A stretch of 64,000 nucleotides of DNA from Amoebophrya sp. A120 (taxonomy: Eukaryota; Protista; Dinoflagellata), in contig CAJINV010000002.1 of NCBI GenBank assembly GCA_905178155.1, positions 9,740,650 through 9,804,649 on the forward strand, in the 5' to 3' direction. The translations under genes were made by a program, and so were the position numbers. Numbering within the stretch: position 1 is the first letter of the stretch; the number at the start of each line of letters is the position of its first letter. Shown in pieces: positions 59,489 through 64,000 of this stretch. A model generated the notes under the pieces. It saw only the letters and a program-made list of their open reading frames with translations. It made no database searches and was not told the origin of the DNA.

Positions 59489-62400
59489 ATGCCTCCCCGC
59501 GCGAAGAAGAAATCTACTGCTGCCCCCGCCGGAGCAGTACCACCAGAAGGCGACCCGGCGGACAGCGAGGATGCCGCACAGCAGCAGGAGCAAGCGGAAG
59601 ACACCGCTGCCGCTTCGGGGAACAACAACACAGCAAACGAGAGTGACGCTAGTGTAGTTGCTGGCGTTTCTGTCGCAATCGACGTGAAATTCGACAAGAC
59701 CTCCACGGCCGTGCAGTTTTTTCTCGCGCTGTTCCGGCACGATTCCTGCTCGATCGAAGTGTGCGTGATCGCGGACAGTGGCAACTTCCCGTTGCTGGAA
59801 GCCGTGCTGCTGCAGATCGCGGTAAACTGCGACTTCGTCATCAACGCGTGCGACCCAAACCTGCCGAAGTCGGTCAAGTCCAAGATTTTTGCCGCTGTGA
59901 AGCAAGGGGTCGAGGATGAAGAAGTATAAATTCATGGCGACTCGTATTAGTGGATCCTCATTCGAGTGTTTTCTGATAATCTAATAACTATAAGGAGAAG
60001 GCTTGTCAAAATTGCTGCTGAACCTTCAGAAGCTTTTTCTTCTGAAGGTCTTCTGAAGGTCCAAAATCATCACTGGAACCTTCAGAAGAAATGGAAAAAA
60101 GCCCTTTTTTTTTGAGCGAGCATGCCATCGGTTTAACCATGAGCATTTTTTTCTTCTGAAGGTCACGCCTTCAGAAGGTTTTTTTTGACCTTCAGAAGAA
60201 AAAAATGAAAAATGAGCAAAAAAACCTTCAGAAGCCCAAAAATGACCGTTTTGCAACTCTTCAGAAGGTTGAAAAGCTTCAGAATGTGGCATTTTTTTGA
60301 CCTTCAGAAGACTTGCCTACTTTTTCGACAAAAAAAAGCTGTGAAGTGTCGCGATTTTGGCCAACCTTCAGAAGGCTGAAAACCTTCAGAAGGTTTTTCA
60401 AATCTTTCTCCAATGCGGCAGCTTTATGCTTGTGTTTTTCCGTATTCTTCAGAAGCTTCGACCTTCTGAAGGTCATCTTCTGTAGATTCTTCTGAAGACT
60501 CAAAAGCTTCTGAAGAGTTGCAGCTAGTCTGCTAAAACGTCAAACATTCCGACAAGCGCTGGCGCGCGCTGTCTTCTTGCTAGCCTACAAGGCGCTGCTA
60601 TTGTTTGTGTCTCGCATCACAACAAAGCCCATGGCGCCTGCGTTTACAACATTCCTTGCAGAGGCCTGGGCCTGTGCTGCTCTCTGCATCTGAAAGGCGC
60701 TCCTTTCGCCTGTGGTAAATGCCCTGCCCTGGACGATACATCGGCTTTTTTTTTCATTTTTTTGCTTCTTGTTGGCATTTAAGTAAGTGCTACCCGGAGC
60801 TTGGTTAGTGAGAGAGCCAGGCCGCGGACGGCGTCCACTATGACTACCTGTTACCTGTTTTCACGTAACCAAATACAAAGCACTTGCAAACAATAATTCC
60901 AAATTTGGCCCAGCAACAATTTAAAACAGCCTTGCCCCACGACGCAGTCGTGGGGAGTGGTTCTTACTTACACTCGAATTCTATTCGTGCCGGTCTAGGT
61001 CTTCTGCATGGAAGTCGAAACGATAGTATCCTGCTTTGCACTTGGTTTTGGTAGGGCAAAAATAAATTTGAATTTCTAGTTCTGCATGATAGATTACTAG
61101 AAAAAAACTGTAAAACTGTCAGGTGATGATCCACGAGACGACGCGCGGCTTTACTACGAATGTGAAGGAAACCGTGCAGCGACTTCGGCAGAAGCTTTTA
61201 GACCCCGACTACTTGAAGGCGGCGGAGCACTCGTTCTTTGACCAGGAGAATCTGATGAAGGCGGTTGGCGGCCTGATCAACTGCTGCACCTCTAGTAGTA
61301 GCGACCCGATGTCGAATTCCACGTCGATTTCCCTGAACCCGCTCTTCCACCAGCGGTGTTCGCTGAAAGAGTACACCGGGCACCAGCAGTTCCTGAAACT
61401 CGACAAGGCCGCCTTCACGGCCCTCCACATCTTGCCGACCGACAAGAAGGACACGCGGTCCCCGACCAGTCTCCTCGTATCAAATGTAAAAATGTCTGGG
61501 TCTGGAAGAATGCAAGACTTGTGATGCAGGTTTTCCATGACCCATGAGGTCTGGAATGCGAGACCCAGCATGACAGATTCTTTGAGGTCTCTATCATGCC
61601 TTTCCTGCATGACAAACTCCGTCTCAACTTGGTCAAAAGCGGACAGGTTTTGGCACTCACGCAACACAGATTTTTGCATCATTCAGATTTAGCATGACAA
61701 GTTCTAATCTTCCAGACCCAGACATTTTTGCAATCCATACCTCGGCTTCCTGAACAAGTGTCGCACGCCGATGGGCACGAGGCGGCTGATATCCTGAGTA
61801 AAAACGTACCCACACCAGAGTCAGGATGGGGATCTTGCAACACAAACCTGGGAGCTTTGTGAGTCACGCATGACAAGTTGCACTCTGCAGTGTAGTGCAG
61901 GTTAGCAAGTGCAGCCGCGTCACAGATTCATCTGCTCATCCTGTTCACAGCATCACAAATTCCAAAACACGATTGGAAATGGCTCTCATGGGGATGCGCA
62001 TTACAAGTCTTCCTGTCTTTGCAAATCTGCATTACAACTCTGGTGTGGGGACGTTTTTACTCAGGATAGCTGATCAAGTGGCTGCGACAGCCGCTGACGG
62101 ACGAAGTGGAAATCCTGAAGCGGCACGATTTGGTCGAGACGCTGGTGGAGAATCTGGATTTGCTGCAAATCGTGCAGAGAAGCTTAAAGCAGGTGGTCGA
62201 CCTGGACCGCTTGATCCAGAAACTGCACCGCACGGCGGTCAACCCGGACGCCGCGAACGGGGCAAGTTTGGACGACTTGTACGCAATCTGGAGGTGTCTG
62301 CAGAGTGCCCTGCATTTCATGGAAACGATTGACCAGGCAGTAGCAAAATATCTCTATTTTCTAGATATGATGCTTTGGTTTGTCTTTGTTCTCTTCATTT

Positions 62401-64000
62401 TTCACGAAATCATGCTAGCTTTCGCTTCTGCTTTCTGAAGCTTAGGACGCCATCTGCATAGGATACATAGAGAATGAACTAGAGTAAAAACGATAACTCA
62501 CTACGAGTATTGACCCGGCCTTGTCCAACGACCCCATACCACTTCTACCAGGGCCACGACAATGAGGACGGCCCGATGCGGGTGCATTTTCTGAACCCTT
62601 TTGAGAAGGTGCTGCAGCAGTTTAGCAAGTTCATCCAGATGATCGAGACGACAGTGGACATGGAGACGGCGCACGACATCAAGAAGCGCGTCACGGTGAA
62701 CCCGAACTTCGATCCCAAGTTCAAAGCGTTGCGCGCCGCGCAGGCGGAAATCTGCGCGAAGATGGACGCCTTCTGCCTGAAGGTTAGCGAATTTGTCGAT
62801 CCGGGCAGCACCAACACGTCCGTCCCTGCAAACGCGTCGGCCAAAGCGAAGGCCAAAGCCAAGGCGACGGCCGCGGCGCTGCAGGACTCGGACGGCTCGC
62901 GCTTGCCCGGCCCCGTCCAGCGCGTGGAGCACACGATTCGCGAGGAGAAGATTTGGGCCATGCGGGTGGTGAAGAAGTGGCACTCGAAACTGCAACAACA
63001 GAAGGAAAGGTACAGTTCCCTGTCGCTGAAGAAAGCCGAGTTCCTCTTCACCACCGCGGAAATGACAAAATGGAACGAGGAACTGAAGATCAAGGACACG
63101 GAGTACGAGCACGCGCAACAGGACCTGGTGAAACGGTGCTGCAAGATCGCGAGCACCTTTATCCCGCCACTGGAGAAATTTTCCGACCACCTGGCCACCA
63201 TTGACGTGCTGGCGGCGTTCGCGCTCGTCGCCACCTGCTCGCAGGCGGAATTCGTGCGGCCACGGTTGGTGTTGGAACACGAACTGGGGGAGGAAGCGAG
63301 TGCGAAAGGGACGTCGAGTGCTATGTTGAATCAGCAACGGAGGTTGAAACTTACTAAGTGCACGCACCCGCTCGTCCAAGAAAACGAGTCGACCGCCGCG
63401 TCGACTTTCGTTCCAAACGATTGCCACATGTGCTACGAGGAGGGCCGGTTCATCTGCATCACCGGGCCCAACATGGGTGGGAAGTCCACCTTTATCCGGC
63501 AGGTAGCGATCTCGGTGCTGCTGAACCAAATCGGGATGTACGTGCCCGCTGAGACCGCGGAAATGGTCGTTTTCAGTAGCATTTTTGCCCGCGTGGGCGC
63601 GAGCGACGCGCAATTGAAGGGTATTTCGACCTTCATGGCGGAAATGCTGGAATCCTCGACGATCCTGCAAGCCGCAGACGAGCGGTCGCTCGTGATTGTC
63701 GACGAGCTAGGGCGGGGAACAAGTACACAGGACGGCTATGGGCTGGCATACGCGATTGCAAAGTACTTTTTCTTTTTGTTGTGATACGACAGGGTCTGCT
63801 TTCGTTTATTCCGGCGTCTTCATGCATAATTTCAATTTCGCAGTGGCTCTTGTCTGCGTGGTACCGCACTTCTTGATAAAACGGAATACGAAAAGGTATT
63901 TGTGCGCGGAGAAGCAGTGCTTCACGCTTTTCGCCACCCACTTCCACGAGCTCGGGGAACTGCAGTACGAGCTGGGAGACGCTGTGCAGAACAAGCACGC
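59489..64000 (+). CDS. MSH2: DNA mismatch repair protein MSH2, 3'-truncated by the window. Exons about 59489-59923, 61123-61477, 61745-61789, 62074-62336, 62552-63762, 63896->64000.
   Basis: Connector-like EVCVIADSGNFPLLEAVLLQI; FLKLDKAAFTALHIL; SLL|GFLNKCRTPMGTRRL|IKWLRQPL; ITGPNMGGKSTFIRQ; ARVGASDAQLKGISTFMAEMLE; VIVDELGRGTST; FATHFHEL. Confidence 0.93.
60016..60524. repeat. MITE/fold-back-like element rich in the palindrome CTTCWGAAG, in MSH2 intron 1
   Basis: About 16 copies of CTTCAGAAG/CTTCTGAAG. Imperfect TIR GCTGAACCTTCAGAAGCTTTT / AAAAGCTTCTGAAGAGTTGCAGC. Confidence 0.7.
61478..61739. mobile_element. Introner, family A (262 bp), DR CCTCG
   Basis: Family A TIR. DR at 61473-61477 and 61740-61744. 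Reverse-complement relative of 41323-41584. Confidence 0.96.
61790..62068. mobile_element. Introner, family D (279 bp), DR GCTGA
   Basis: TIR TATCCTGAGTAAAAACGT / ACGTTTTTACTCAGGATA. DR at 61785-61789 and 62069-62073. Confidence 0.96.

Noticed and set aside
3934-61876. Recurrent short ORFs with KCKNVWVWK or [10 protein letters not shown] peptides
   Set aside because: They are translations of the family A TIR, not proteins. No transposase ORF was found in the window.
3825-62069. A universal GT donor formed by DR-final G plus element-initial T
   Set aside because: It holds for only 9 of 18 DR-bearing elements; the others end in A, C or T.
1455-63670. Long minus-strand ORFs (1455-2645, 7130-8338, 22754-23791, 62501-63670)
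   Set aside because: Antisense shadows of GC3-rich + strand genes, with no independent motifs.

Overview
This is eukaryotic protist DNA, not prokaryotic. All credible genes lie on the + strand. The intron style fits the parasitic dinoflagellate Amoebophrya (Syndiniales); this is inference, not a database hit. About 20 non-canonical 'introner' introns interrupt exons. Each is a TA...TA element with terminal inverted repeats (TIRs) and, except in two decayed copies, a recognisable 5-bp direct repeat (DR); removing the element plus one DR restores the reading frame. Genes, in order: three tandem paralogous large M64-type metalloprotease / PAN-apple / split-TSP1 proteins; two hypothetical ORFs; a GT15 (KRE2/MNT1-like) mannosyltransferase spread over about 12.8 kb; a divergent TFIIA-gamma-like protein; a large RING-H2 protein; three U24 snoRNA copies; a DHHC palmitoyltransferase; a GNAT acetyltransferase; a hypothetical protein; and MSH2 (cut by the window end, apparently lacking domain I). 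The GT15 introns hold a 128-bp tandem array split by a 1-kb TIR element, and a 4.2-kb introner carrying repeated structured-RNA-like units. The most interesting signals are a TTGTNATGC motif shared across unrelated introner families, the giant cargo-carrying introner, its covarying RNA-like cargo, and the split TSP1 domain. All coordinates and gene models were read by hand and need RNA-seq confirmation.
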